DNA of 59,574 nucleotides, the filler included, from Diploschistes diacapsis (taxonomy: Eukaryota), in assembly GCA_023645945.1 (NCBI GenBank). It is 5 parts of 5 records of this genome, joined end to end, with 100 filler letters (N's around TTAATTAATTAA, not from the genome) between each part and the next. Parts side by side here need not be neighbours in the genome. Positions count along the whole stretch, not along the records: positions 23,894 to 35,732 come from JALAIB010000797.1; 4 more parts are not named here. One strand, 5' to 3'. The notes beneath the pieces are model-generated. The model worked only from the letters and a program-made list of their open reading frames with translations, made no database searches and was not told the origin of the DNA. Shown piece by piece: positions 24,501 to 35,832 of this stretch (positions are counted from its first letter, which is position 1; each line of letters begins with the position of its first letter). The position numbers and the translations under genes were made by a program.

Positions 24501-24819
24501 TTCGCTCAGTAATAATCTGGAATGCTAGGAATCCACAGGAGCGACTGGCTAAGACTCAGTAAAGATACAGACTTATCACATCACCTTGCCATACAAGCGC
24601 TTGGAGCCAATGGGTATCTATCCCTAGCACAGACATTCGTGTGTTGGACAAAAGAATTTCCATGTGCAACTATAGCACTGAATTTGAGAAGCTGTGAACG
24701 GATCCCTTCCGCATAGATAATGAACCCGGAAGGATGCCTTACCCACTCCATTGCGAATCTAGTCAACTCAAGCTCCGACTCTCTTGCCACACATCATTTG
24801 GACCGAGAAAGCATTTGAC

Positions 24820-26421
24820 ATGACTTCTGGAACGAAGAAAAGCGTGACCAAAGCAGAGCTTCAAGTGCTAAAAGTTTCAAACAGCCCAGAGCCAAGGCAG
24901 CAGCCCGCTTCTTTAGATATCGACAACCGGCATGACGCCCTGAATATCAGTGTTGTGGGAGATATCAAAGTTGATGACCCGGTCAACTGGTCAGGAGCTT
25001 ATAAATGGACAATAATCATTCTGATTTCTCTTATGACCACCGTCGTGTTAGTTAAGCACTCGGTAGAGAAATTGACTGACAGCTAATGTTTTTTAGCAAC
25101 TTCGCTATATTCATCTGTGCTCCGGCTACCCCGCAGATATTACGAGATTTCAAGTCCGATAACTATCTTTATACCACCTTGATAGTATCGATATGGGAGC
25201 TCGGAGAGACTGCTGGGCCGTTACTCATCGGTCCTCTTTCGGAGGTCTTCGGCCGGCGTCCTGTCTATCATACGGCGAATATACTTTTTATAATGCTGTC
25301 CGTGGCTAACGGCTTTGGCGTGAATATCGATATGGTGGTAGCTTTTCGATTCTTAACCGGGCTGTCTGTCGCGTCCCTATCGCTCAACCCACCCATAGTC
25401 GGGGATATGTTTGTCAAGGATCAACGTGGTAAAGCTATGGCTATCATGGGCATCGCTCCCCTGTGTGGCACCGCAATAGGGCCAATAATCGGCGGATACC
25501 TCTCCGCGGCTCTTAGCTGGAGATGGAATTTTTGGCTTGTCGCGATCCTGGCCGCAGGCATTGAAGTGATCCTTTTGGTTCTTTTACGGGAACCGTACAA
25601 GGCAATCATCTTGCAACGCAACGCCAAGCGCTTGCGGCGTGAGCAGGGCATGTCGGATCTTAGCATGAACAGCAACCGCAGGTTCTTTATGTCGAACGTC
25701 TTCAAAACCGCGCTGCTTCGACCGCCGCGGCTGCTGGTACGCTCTCCTATCCTTCTCCTAACCACTTTATACGTCTCGTACGTGTACGGGACGACATATC
25801 TGGTATTTACAACCCTCGCAGAGGTCTTTCAAGGCTTTTATGGTTTCGCACAGGGGCCTGCAGGCTTGGTATACCTCGGGATAGGTGAGTCTAACGATCA
25901 TTGCCAGATTGTCAGAAATCTCCTAATGATGTTCAGCCCTGGGCATGGCAGCTGGCACTCTTATTTGCGGCCTAACTCTTGATCGATTCCTAAGATACAA
26001 AGCGGCACATGGATCTGCAGAGCCCGAGAATAGATTGTTCCCAATGGCCTGCGGAGCGATACTGGTGCCAATCGGCCTCTTGATCTACGGCTGGACTGCG
26101 GCAACCAGGTGTCACTGGATTGCGCCCATTATAGGGACAGCAGTGCTCTCGTGTGGTCTCGCAGCCGGCCAGATATCTTCCTCGAGCTATCTTGTTGATG
26201 TTTTCGGTGGGTACTCAGCTTCGGCGATTGCAGCAAGTCTAGTCATTCGCTATCTCACCAGTACGTTGCTGCCACTGGCCGGTCCTCCATTGCTCGCGTC
26301 GGTGGGTGTTGGCTGGACTGGAACCATTCTGAGCTTGATTTCCCTAGTGTTTATGCCTTTACCGTTCATACTAATAAGATATGGTAAATATATGAGAAGC
26401 CGATACAATGTCAAGCTATAA
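24820..26421 (+). CDS. MFS transporter, DHA1 (drug:H+ antiporter 1)-like, 3 exons
   Basis: DDPVNWS..KW, GPLLIGPLSEVFGRRPVY, FRFLTG, GDMF...QRGKAM, GPIIGGYL...WRWNFW, PENRL, SYLVDVF. Confidence 0.92.
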
Positions 26422-26685
26422 CATCTTGGTGGGGTTGTCCTTGGAGTGGATGGTTTTGCTCGCAGAGCGGACGAGAATAATAAGCTTCGTATATTAGACA
26501 TGTTTGTGTGAAGTTAACAAATCGTATTTATTTAGTTTATCTGTTAAAAGCGTACCGGGCCGGAGTAACAAGTTCCCCGAGGTGAGAAATTGTATCCCCT
26601 CATGTGACTCATACGACCCTCTTGACATATAGTATCTCTCATGTTCATTGAAACTTAGTCGGCTTGACTGAAGACCTAATTCGCT

Positions 26686-28271
26686 ATGGCAGTTTTAGGA
26701 GCGGAAGAAAAGTTTGCTCTCATAAGTGAGAATCTCGCTGAAGTTCTCAATCCAGAGTTGATTCAGCGCATTCTGGCTGAGGGCCGAAATGTAAGAGTCT
26801 ACTGGGGTATGCTCGTACAAACCTCGAATTGCTTTCTCTTGTCGTTGAAGATATCTCAGGAACTGCTCCGACTGGGCGTCCACACTGCGCGTACTTCGTT
26901 GCTGCTATTAAGATAGCTCAACTGTTAGCGGCAGGATGTGAGGTAGTGATCTTGCTCGCTGATATGTGCGTTATTATTGTTCTCGAACGAAGTCCTGGCT
27001 TCTCTAAATCAATGATCTAGCCATGCATTCCTTGATAACCTCAAAGCGCCTATTGAACTTGTGGAATATCGCGTCAAATTCTATAAATTTACTATCTCTG
27101 CGATACTTCGATCCGTTGGCGTTTCGCTTGAGAGATTGAAGTTTGTACTTGGCAGCTCCTATCAGAAAACCCCAGAGTATATAATGGATACATACCGACT
27201 CAGCGCGGTAATATCCGAGCACGATGCAAAGCGAGCCGGTGCAGAGATCGTTAAGCAAAGTGCGAATGCGCCCCTGAGTGGCCTTCTGTACCCCGTCCTC
27301 CAAGTTCTGGATGAGCAGTATCTAGACGTCGACGTACAATTCGGTGGTAAGTTCAATGGTGCTAGTTAGGTGCATTCTCGCCCGTTACCAAGGCTATTGT
27401 ACAGCAACCCTAAGCCAAGATAAGTTCGTCCAGCGCTTTATCAACGGATATGGGCAAGAACAACCCTTACTAAACTGATGTTGTGGGCTGAAGCATTTTG
27501 GCTGATGAGACTAGGGCTTGACCAGAGGAAACTCTTCATCGCCGCAAAGGATTGGCTGCCCAAGATTGGCTACAGAGAGGTGGGTCCATAACCGCCTCGC
27601 ACTTCCGCCCTCTCTAGGGACTAACATCCCCATGGCGTGCTCATCTTATCAATCCTATGGTGCCTGGATTACATGGGGGCAAAATGAGTTCCAGCGACCC
27701 AGGTCAGCGTGCATTGTTCCCTGGAAAACTCTGATTGCTCAAGAATGCAGACAGCAAAATCGACATTCTCGATCCTCCAGATGTCATCACCAAGAAAGTC
27801 CGCAAGGCGGTCGCTGCACCCCGGGTCGTTGAAGAGAATGGCATTCTTGGGTTTACAGAATTCGTCCTCTTCCCGGTTGCTAGATTAAGCGGGCGGCAAG
27901 CACTTAGCGTAGAACGAAAGGACCTGGAACCCTTGGAATATACGAGTATTGATAAGATGCATGACGACTATAAGAACGACGTCGTACGTTGCAGAGCCTA
28001 TCCAACTCGTCATCTCCTACGGCTTCGCTAATTTTTCTAGCTGACACCGCAAATGCTGAAACCATTTGTAGCAAAGGCCCTGGTTGAGCTTGTTACCCCG
28101 ATCCAAGCAGCATACGAGGCCTCGGAGGAGTGGAAAGAGGTTACGTTGAAAGCATACCCACCACCCCCGAAGAAGGAGGCAAAACCCAAGAACAGGGGCA
28201 CGTTCTACCCTGGCAAAAAGATCGATGTGCCAGTTCTCCCTAGCCGGAAGCCGGAAACGCAGGCCGACTGA
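26686..28271 (+). CDS. TYS1: Cytoplasmic-type tyrosyl-tRNA synthetase, 7 exons (one with an anomalous 3' splice site)
   Basis: [14 protein letters not shown] (HIGH-equivalent), [48 protein letters not shown] (KMSKS-equivalent), AYPPPPK. Confidence 0.93.
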
Positions 28272-29344
28272 TCTAAACCCCAACGCTTGCAATGTTCCCA
28301 GCAAATCAATTGGTAGATTCTTGACAGAAGCTGGGATTGGATTGATTGACTGGATGAACAAGGGTCTATCACGACAGAGCTTGGGATCGGCTTGACCCAG
28401 ATATAAGGCTTTATCGCTTAGGTGTCTCGAAGATTCTCATCCTTCGAATCCATCACGACTGTCAGATCCTAGTCCTCCTGGCCATGGTCCATAGCTTACG
28501 CTTGTGTGACGCCCAATGAATCCGCACTTATCTATGATTCTACCCTCAATCTGTCGCCCCTACAGAACTGATCGACTGCTCAATGAGTGCAATATTCAAA
28601 ATGCTATCAGTTTCGTGAACATTAATCATCAACCCAAAAGTTTTGTAGGCTATAAAAAGCATAGCATTATAAGAAATTTCTTGTCTTTAAGTGATTCCTT
28701 TCCGATTCCTTCGCTTGAGTTGAATTCAGAATCCGATATTCTAATTTTGGGTGAGACTGTCTGTCTGTCTGTCTGTCTGTCGTGCTTAGCCTGCCCCCAA
28801 GCAGGAAAAACCTTCCCGAAAGATTGCTTGGCGAAAATCCATCAAGACAGCACAGAGCACTGACTCTCTCTGAAACGCCTTCCACTTCAGATGCAGAGGG
28901 AAGAGTCTCAGTAGTAGACCCTGCCTGTCTATGAGTAGCTGCTGAGATGACCCCCGCGCGCTCGTATAACTGGGCGATGCAGCGGAGTAGGCTCTGTGCT
29001 GCGGCTTTTCCGCGTCAGCTTGCCTAAGCCTAACGAACGACAAAGGTGACGATTTACAAGAGGCTCCATGGAACCTGCATGATTACGCATAAACAACTAC
29101 GGATCCCATGTCATTCATTGCCTCAGCGACTTTTGTACGGTGTATTTTTAGCATATTTGCCATTTTATCTGCATATACATACTGCTGACAATCTGCTCTT
29201 GCCTTTTCAAACATCCTGTTCACTGTGCATGATCAGCTAATTCTCTCTTCTTTCCTGAACCCTTCAAAGCTCATACCTCCCCATCCAATTCTTCCTTTCC
29301 CCTCTCGAGCTAGATTTTGACTCTGCAGATAACCTGTGACAATC

Positions 29345-30067
29345 ATGCATTCGACACTCGTCCTCTCATCATTGCTCTTCGCAATGGGTGCTTACGCTCA
29401 GTCATCCCCAGCATCTTCTTCGGCCACACCAACGCAAAAGGCATCATCACAACCTTCTGCCTCGGGAGCTGCTGCGTCACAAACGGAGAATCTGGCGGAG
29501 GTTGTCGACTACCTAATCCCAACTGCTTCCATTACGAGCCTTAGCCCTGCCCAGGTAAGTGTTTTCCCCGCGATCCGAGGCTTATATTGCAATACTAACC
29601 TTTTTCCCGTCCAGTCAACAAAGCTTGCATCCGACATTTCAGTCTACTTCTCTCAGTATACAGCGTCAAATCCTATCTCGGCCCTTGAGCAATCTATAGT
29701 CGTCAATCAAGGCATTGGCGGTCTCTTGGGCGGCGCGACCACACCATCTCCTGCCCAGATATCCAGCATCGAGGGCCTTGTGAACAACGCTGAGAACGGT
29801 CTGGTCGGCAACCCTTCGGCTTTCATCTCGTCCGCGAATGCCCTCATCAGTCCCTTCCCCTTTGCGACTATCGTGCAGAACTACGAGAGTGGCTTCGTGG
29901 ATGGGTTGAGGACAGTTGTGGCGAGCGACATGAGCCTCAGCGTACCGCCGCCAGCATCAGCCACAAGCTCGCATAGCACTGGCGGAGCAGCTCCTGCTAG
30001 GCCTACGGGTGTTATCGCGGGTGGTATCGCGGTCGCGGCCGGGCTTGTTGGGGCTGCTCTGTTGTGA
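29345..30067 (+). CDS. Secreted Ser/Thr/Ala-rich, probably GPI-anchored cell-surface protein; one 60-nt intron (29555-29614)
   Basis: Signal peptide MHSTLVLSSLLFAMGAYA; C-terminal STGGAAPARPTGVIAGGIAVAAGLVGAALL (omega-like site plus hydrophobic tail); GTAAGT...CTAAC...CAG intron. Confidence 0.82.
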   Translation: MHSTLVLSSLLFAMGAYAQSSPASSSATPTQKASSQPSASGAAASQTENLAEVVDYLIPTASITSLSPAQVSVFPAIRGLYCNTNLFPVQSTKLASDISVYFSQYTASNPISALEQSIVVNQGIGGLLGGATTPSPAQISSIEGLVNNAENGLVGNPSAFISSANALISPFPFATIVQNYESGFVDGLRTVVASDMSLSVPPPASATSSHSTGGAAPARPTGVIAGGIAVAAGLVGAALL

Positions 30068-31048
30068 GGATTGGAAGACAACAAGGAGCCAGGAAAGGGG
30101 ATAATCGTGCATTTGCTACATAGCATGGGTATTGGTCGGCGTTTGTATCAACTTTTGATGACCGGGGAAGAGCATTGGACTGGGACATTAGAAGGAATGG
30201 CTGCAAAAGCATGAGGAGGACGACCACGGGCAGAATGACAACCCCTGCATTTTCTTCGATGACCAGGAGGATATCACGATCCTCGAAGTTGGTATTTTAC
30301 GGCTGCATACTGCGCATACTGCGCAGGCGAGCGCCTGGGACCTGTGGCCCAGGTAGTATATAACATCGCGCATTTACCCTACCTTAACAATACGATACGA
30401 TAAGCATTTCAAGCTCGGCGCTGCGGATGAAATGACATACGAGCCGAATATGCTGTGAGGACTTTCGGTAATGCTATGATTTTGAACGATGATAAAATTA
30501 AGTAGATGCAATACAAACAACGATAGAGATACATACGTACCTTGAGTTGTATCTGGTTGGTTGGCCGGTGTCCAAACGCCGGGGCAACTGCTTTGAAAAA
30601 CCGCAAATTCCCCGGTGGTTGCCGCCGGGGATGGAAAACGTTTGACAGCCTCCCCACGTCTACGCGTACGCGTAAACGCTAAGCAACCTTTTCTTCCCCC
30701 ACAGTTGCTATGCATGTCATGAGTGCAGGATATGCAGATAGCCTGATGCCACGCTCTGCACTCAAAACACCAGCAGCAAAGCTTCTCGGCTACAAGGGGC
30801 ACATGCTAAGATCGCCCAACCGAAGCCAATCCCAAATGCGGGCTTTGGTGCCGGTACAGTCCGCCCCTGGACTTCGCCGCTATCCATGCAGATGCAGGAA
30901 CCCCCTTCGCTCTTCCAAAACTTTAAAAACCCGCCACACATGCCCTCACGGTCACTCCTAAGTATGTGATCCATACATGACCTCGATTCGTGGATCCGCA
31001 AGTGGATGAAGCTCTCCCAGGGTTTGAAGTCCATGGAGAAGCGGAGAG

Positions 31049-32778
31049 TTGGGACCGCAGTTGGGGTTTCGACTTCCGCGGCGTAGCTCTTCGGAGGAAT
31101 TGACTTTGCTTTCAAATATAACCGATGCCCGCGACTCTTTGGAGGCTGATAGAGCTACTCCTCGCAAAGGAAAGGCGGCCAACAGGTTGGATGAAAAGGC
31201 CGTACTCGCCGATCGTGTTGAGAGCGGCGCTCAGGGTGACACGGCTTTGAAGCCTGTGATCACGCAGGAACACCATGACTATCTCATGAATAGGCATGGC
31301 ACGACGGACCTGAAGCCCGTGCCCACCATGGACGATCTCTATCCCTACAACTGGCCATCGTGGAAGGTACGCTCACAAAGAAACAGGCCGACGCTCAGCG
31401 CTGATGAGTAGTAGAAGAACGTGAACCTTGTTCTACTCGGGTTTCACGCTATGATGACGACCTTCCAGGCGGCTGCGATCATCTCGGCGTACGAGCCACT
31501 GGCGATGTCACTTGGGACGACCATTCAAGGCGCCAGCTACTTGACATCCGCTCAAATCATTGTCTTAGGGTTCGCGCCTCTGTTTTGGAAACCGGTATCC
31601 CAACGCTTTGGTCGGAGACCCGTCTGGCTCATCTCAACTCTGTGCTCGGGTCTCTTCAACATCGGCTGTGCCTTGAGCACAACCTACGGGTCCATGATGG
31701 TCTACCGGTGCTTCTCGGCGTTCTTCATTGCTCCGCCAATCGGCATCGGTAGCGGTGTAGTTGTGGAACTTTTCCTTGCAAATCAGAGAGGTCAGAAGAT
31801 GGGAATATGGACACTTCTGATCACACTTGGTCCTCCTAGTGGTCCCGTTTATCATGGGATTCATGACTCAATATGCAGGTTGGGTTTGGATCTATTGGAC
31901 TCTCGCAACCGTCAACTTCGTTCAATTCATTGCGTATCTGGGTTTCGGCTCCGAAACGCGATACCTACGGTCGAGTGAGCAACAACACGAGCCAAACTCA
32001 TTACACCGAGATCTCGTTGTTCAAGCGCATTGATCATGACCGGATTAGCCTTGCCGAACTCATCGATCCTATTGTGATTGGGCGCTATCTCACTGTGCTG
32101 TTACCCACAAGATCCTATGCCGTTGTCTTCGGCTTTGCCAGTGTGCTCATAACCGTTGAGATGCCGCAGACATGTATACAGACTTTCGGGTTAGATCCCC
32201 AACGGCTTGGTCTTAATTTCATAGCTATCATTATTGGGTGAGACATGGGGATGATTATATCTAGGCTTCAGGCTGACTCAAAGTAGATCTATTCTTGGGG
32301 AGCAGCCAGCAGGTCCGCTAAGCGACACCTCATGACCAGAAAAGCGAAAGCACTAGGCCGCCGCCCAGATCCCGAGTACCGCCTCTGGCTTTCCCATATC
32401 GGCTTCATCACCGTGATGGTCGGTCTTATCGTTTTCGGCGTGCAGCTACAGAATGCAACTCCGATGCAATGGAACGTGACGCCAATCGTTGGGCCTGGTA
32501 TCGCGGCATTCGGGAACCAGATTGTGACTACAGTTCTCGTGACCTATGCCGTGGACTGCCATCCGGACCACGGTGCGTCGGTGGGCGGCTTCATTGCGCT
32601 CATCCGCCAGACTTGGGGTTTCATCGGGCCGTTTTGGTTCCCACCCATGTTCGCTAGTCTTGGGTATGCGAGCAGCATGGGTCCTTGCGTTGCTATTGTT
32701 TTTGCCGTGTCTGTGTTCCCGATTCTGTTCTTACAGTTCGCTGGTCGGAAAGTGAGGAGCAGTTCGAGGGTTGATTGA
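31049..32778 (+). pseudogene. MFS transporter pseudogene (two +1 frameshifts)
   Basis: Homology moves from LGPPSGP to FIMGF at ~31845 and from ...NSLHRD to LFKRID at ~32015, with no intron signals at either point. No in-frame ATG lies upstream of the YLMNRHGTTDL segment. Confidence 0.8.
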
Positions 32779-33389
32779 GCATTTTTGTATATACATGTGA
32801 TTCCCTCTACTTGTGTTATTATAGTTAGTCAATGAATCCGAATGGCAAGATGGCCCAATATTCAACGAATTGCCCTGATCCATTGTGGGTGTTCCAAATA
32901 GTGTTCCAAACACGGCCTGCCTTCTAACAACCAGGAACTTGGTAGGCGTGACTGCGCGATGAGCTTGGCTTGCTTGGCGTGGCAGCTGCTTGGCGTGACC
33001 GTGGTACAGCGTAGATCCGGCAACGCTCTTTCAACAATGCATTCAGGTCGTTCTGGAACTTTACAACCTTAGTGTACAAGCAGTTGCTACCAGGAGGTAT
33101 TTAACTCGGATACAAAGATACAGCTGCACTTGCTGGTTGCCAGAAGATGCCCGACCCAATGGCAGTTGCTATGAAGGATTCAAAGCGCATAAAAACGGAC
33201 ACGACCGCTGTGAAACAGCATCAACAACACATCGTCTCATTACTTACACAACTTCAGCATCTCGTCGAATAGAATCTTTATTGTGCTCCAATATCGTTTG
33301 CTTGCGTTTGATCGTTTACAGAGCATACAAAGAGTACCACTACAATCTACTTATCCGTAGCCAGGGTCTAAACTGCTGCCTACATCACG

Positions 33390-34479
33390 ATGGTTGTCAC
33401 ACTACTTGGCCAATACCTCCGCATGGCCCCTCTCAGCGTTGCAGCACTACCGCAGCATGCGGCCTTCGACTCTGCAGAAAATAAGCACCTCCTGGACCCC
33501 AGCGTCGAGAGGCCAGCACTACACCAATTTGTCCGGGTAGTCTTGGACGACGCTTTTCGTCTCATTGACCGGAGACTGGAAACGTTCAAGCTAACGGGCA
33601 GGAAGCAGTCTCCGCCAGCCGAAGGCGATGTCTGTCAGCTTCAGCAGACGGTTTCGGTGAAAGAGCTGCGGACTATCTCCAGAGATCCCAAGCTCAGTCC
33701 CAAAGGATACCAAAACTGGCCCAGAGCAGCAGAGGCATGGTTCGCTCGACGCAGCTGGCACGCCGAGGAGATGCGAGCGGGGACCGCAGAATGGGACGAA
33801 TTCAAATTCGGCCTGAAGGACCTGCACAGCGAGCACGAATACGAGTATACTCCGGACGTCTACGACGCTCACGAGGTGCTTTCGTGGAACGATCAGCTCA
33901 AGGGCCTGACCATCACCAGCTACCACGGCTGCGAGATGAGAAGTATGTCTCTCGTTATCTAATCCACCGCCCCACTGCCGCTAACCCTGTCTCCTCGCAA
34001 GTCATGGAGATGTGCCACCAAATGCCGTCCATCCTCAACCCGAGAGTCTTCCCCGTCCTCGTCATCACCGCCTACTCTGGTTCGGACTCCTTCATCGTCG
34101 CGCAGGTGCCCGTCGACATAAGCCAGCTCCACGAGGCTCTGTACTGCAACGGGAAGAACACCCGAGCCGGTGCTGTGGACGACCCTCAGAAGCAGAAGAA
34201 GACGACGATCGGGTAAGCAGAAACGGAGGGGCAGAAGCTGACCGGGGCCCTTTTGCGCTCTCAAGCTACCCAGCTAACGCGTCGTGCAGCATGTATACGA
34301 GCGTCGAACGCTGCCACCGCAATGCGGGAAACCGGCCAGGTACGGACTGGGCCATGGCCACGGCCAGCGATGCGAAGGGCAATCTGCCCATGGCCTTGCA
34401 GAAGATGGGCGTGCCGGGCGCGGTGCTCAAGGACGTGGGGCTCTTCATGAAGTGGGCTGCTAAGCGACGGCAGCCGTGA
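33390..34479 (+). CDS. DUF3074-domain (START/SRPBCC-like) protein, 3 exons
   Basis: AWFARRSWH, HSEHEYEYTPDV, EMCHQMP..LNPRVFPVLVITA, YTSVERC, WAMATASDAKGNLP, KDVGLFMKW. Confidence 0.85.
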
Positions 34480-35624
34480 TGGAGGAAGCGTTGGACCCTA
34501 AAGGTGGTTTTTTTAATTCGTTTGGTGTTCGTGTGATGATCGTTGTTAGTGTGCGTGTGTGCGTAGGGGAGATTCTCGAGAACTTTGGCGTTGCCATGTC
34601 ATCTGGGTGCAGCGATCGTCTGGCGAAAAAAAGTGATTATTCCGAAATTAGCATAGCGTTTGTATAAAACATTACTAGTACTCGTGTACCATATCTCAAG
34701 TCACTGGGGATTTACGTGATTCTTTGACTCGAATCTCAAGCATGGGGAACATCAAGTTGGGCAACCGGTTCTTGAAGCAGAATACCTTCAACGAGTTGCA
34801 GGAGCTTTTTACTTTCACTAGCCCCCTCCCAACTATTTACGCAGGTAGGTAGCATTTCAAGATCTTTCAATTCCGCCGTCGTACAACTTTCTCCCAGGCG
34901 CACGGTCGCATCCCAAGATGGCATTGAGCAGAACTGTGGGTGTGTGGGTGTATCTCCCCAATTCCTTTGTTGCTCCTTCACCTTCACCTGCTCCTCTCCC
35001 TCTCTTCTTACAGAGATCAATTCGAATCGTGATTCGGTAAAAACTCGATTGTTCCATACAAGCGCGGCGTCCCAGCTCGTTAGCGTGCCCTAGCTTTTTT
35101 TCTGCCTTCGTCCAGGGGAAAATTGAGCCAGGCATACTAGCAATTGAATTCGTGTTGGAGGCTGTAGAAGAAGTACGGAGTCATCAAAAGCTGAAAATGA
35201 CTGGCCGCCAAAAGCCCATCGGATCCGATCCGCGCCAGTGATTGATTTGGGCATGCTTGATAAGAGCCTTTTTTTTTGGGGGATAGTAAGAGCGTGAGAG
35301 CGCGAGAGGGGACTTCAGGTCTGCCAACAATGTCCCGCTTCTGCAAATAGAAAGAGAGGGGAAGGGAATACTAAGAGCAACTCAAGCAAAAGGCTGAGGA
35401 CCTAAGGCTTCTATGGTTGTTCGTCAGTGGCAGCTTAGTGGAGAGAAGTTCGGGATAATACAAATCTAAGTAGCTCTGTATTTGCCAAGGCAACTGAGCT
35501 TAGCGTCTGTAATTAACGGTCACAATTAACCGCTGCCACTACTGCTGGCAACCACTGGCATACGTACTACTAGTCTACTATAGTCTAACCTCTTAGCACG
35601 TCAGCCTCAAGCCTATTACTACTA

Positions 35625-35732
35625 GAGTGTTACCCCTAGTAACCGAGCGGACCCTAATAACCGATCATCCATAAACGCTTTTTACACCCAAAATGCCCTT
35701 CCCTTTTTTATCCATTATAAGCTCCATATATT
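35625..35732. mobile_element. Probable Fot1/pogo-like transposon end at the contig edge
   Basis: TA followed by GAGTGTTACCCCTAGTAACCGAGCGGACCCTAATAACCGATCA, which contains a duplicated CCCTA(G/A)TAACCGA resembling the TAACCGA direct repeats of Fot1-type TIRs. Confidence 0.55.
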
Positions 35733-35832
35733 NNNNNNNNNNNNNNNNNNNNNNNNNNNNNNNNNNNNNNNNNNNNTTAATTAATTAANNNNNNNNNNNN
35801 NNNNNNNNNNNNNNNNNNNNNNNNNNNNNNNN
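35733..35832. other. Artificial contig spacer N44-TTAATTAATTAA-N44
   Basis: Same 100-bp structure as the other spacers. Confidence 0.98.

Noticed and set aside
27347..27514. Longer TyrRS intron as a possible nested (stwintron) structure
   Set aside because: A single canonical GTAAGT...TAG excision already restores QFGGLDQ.
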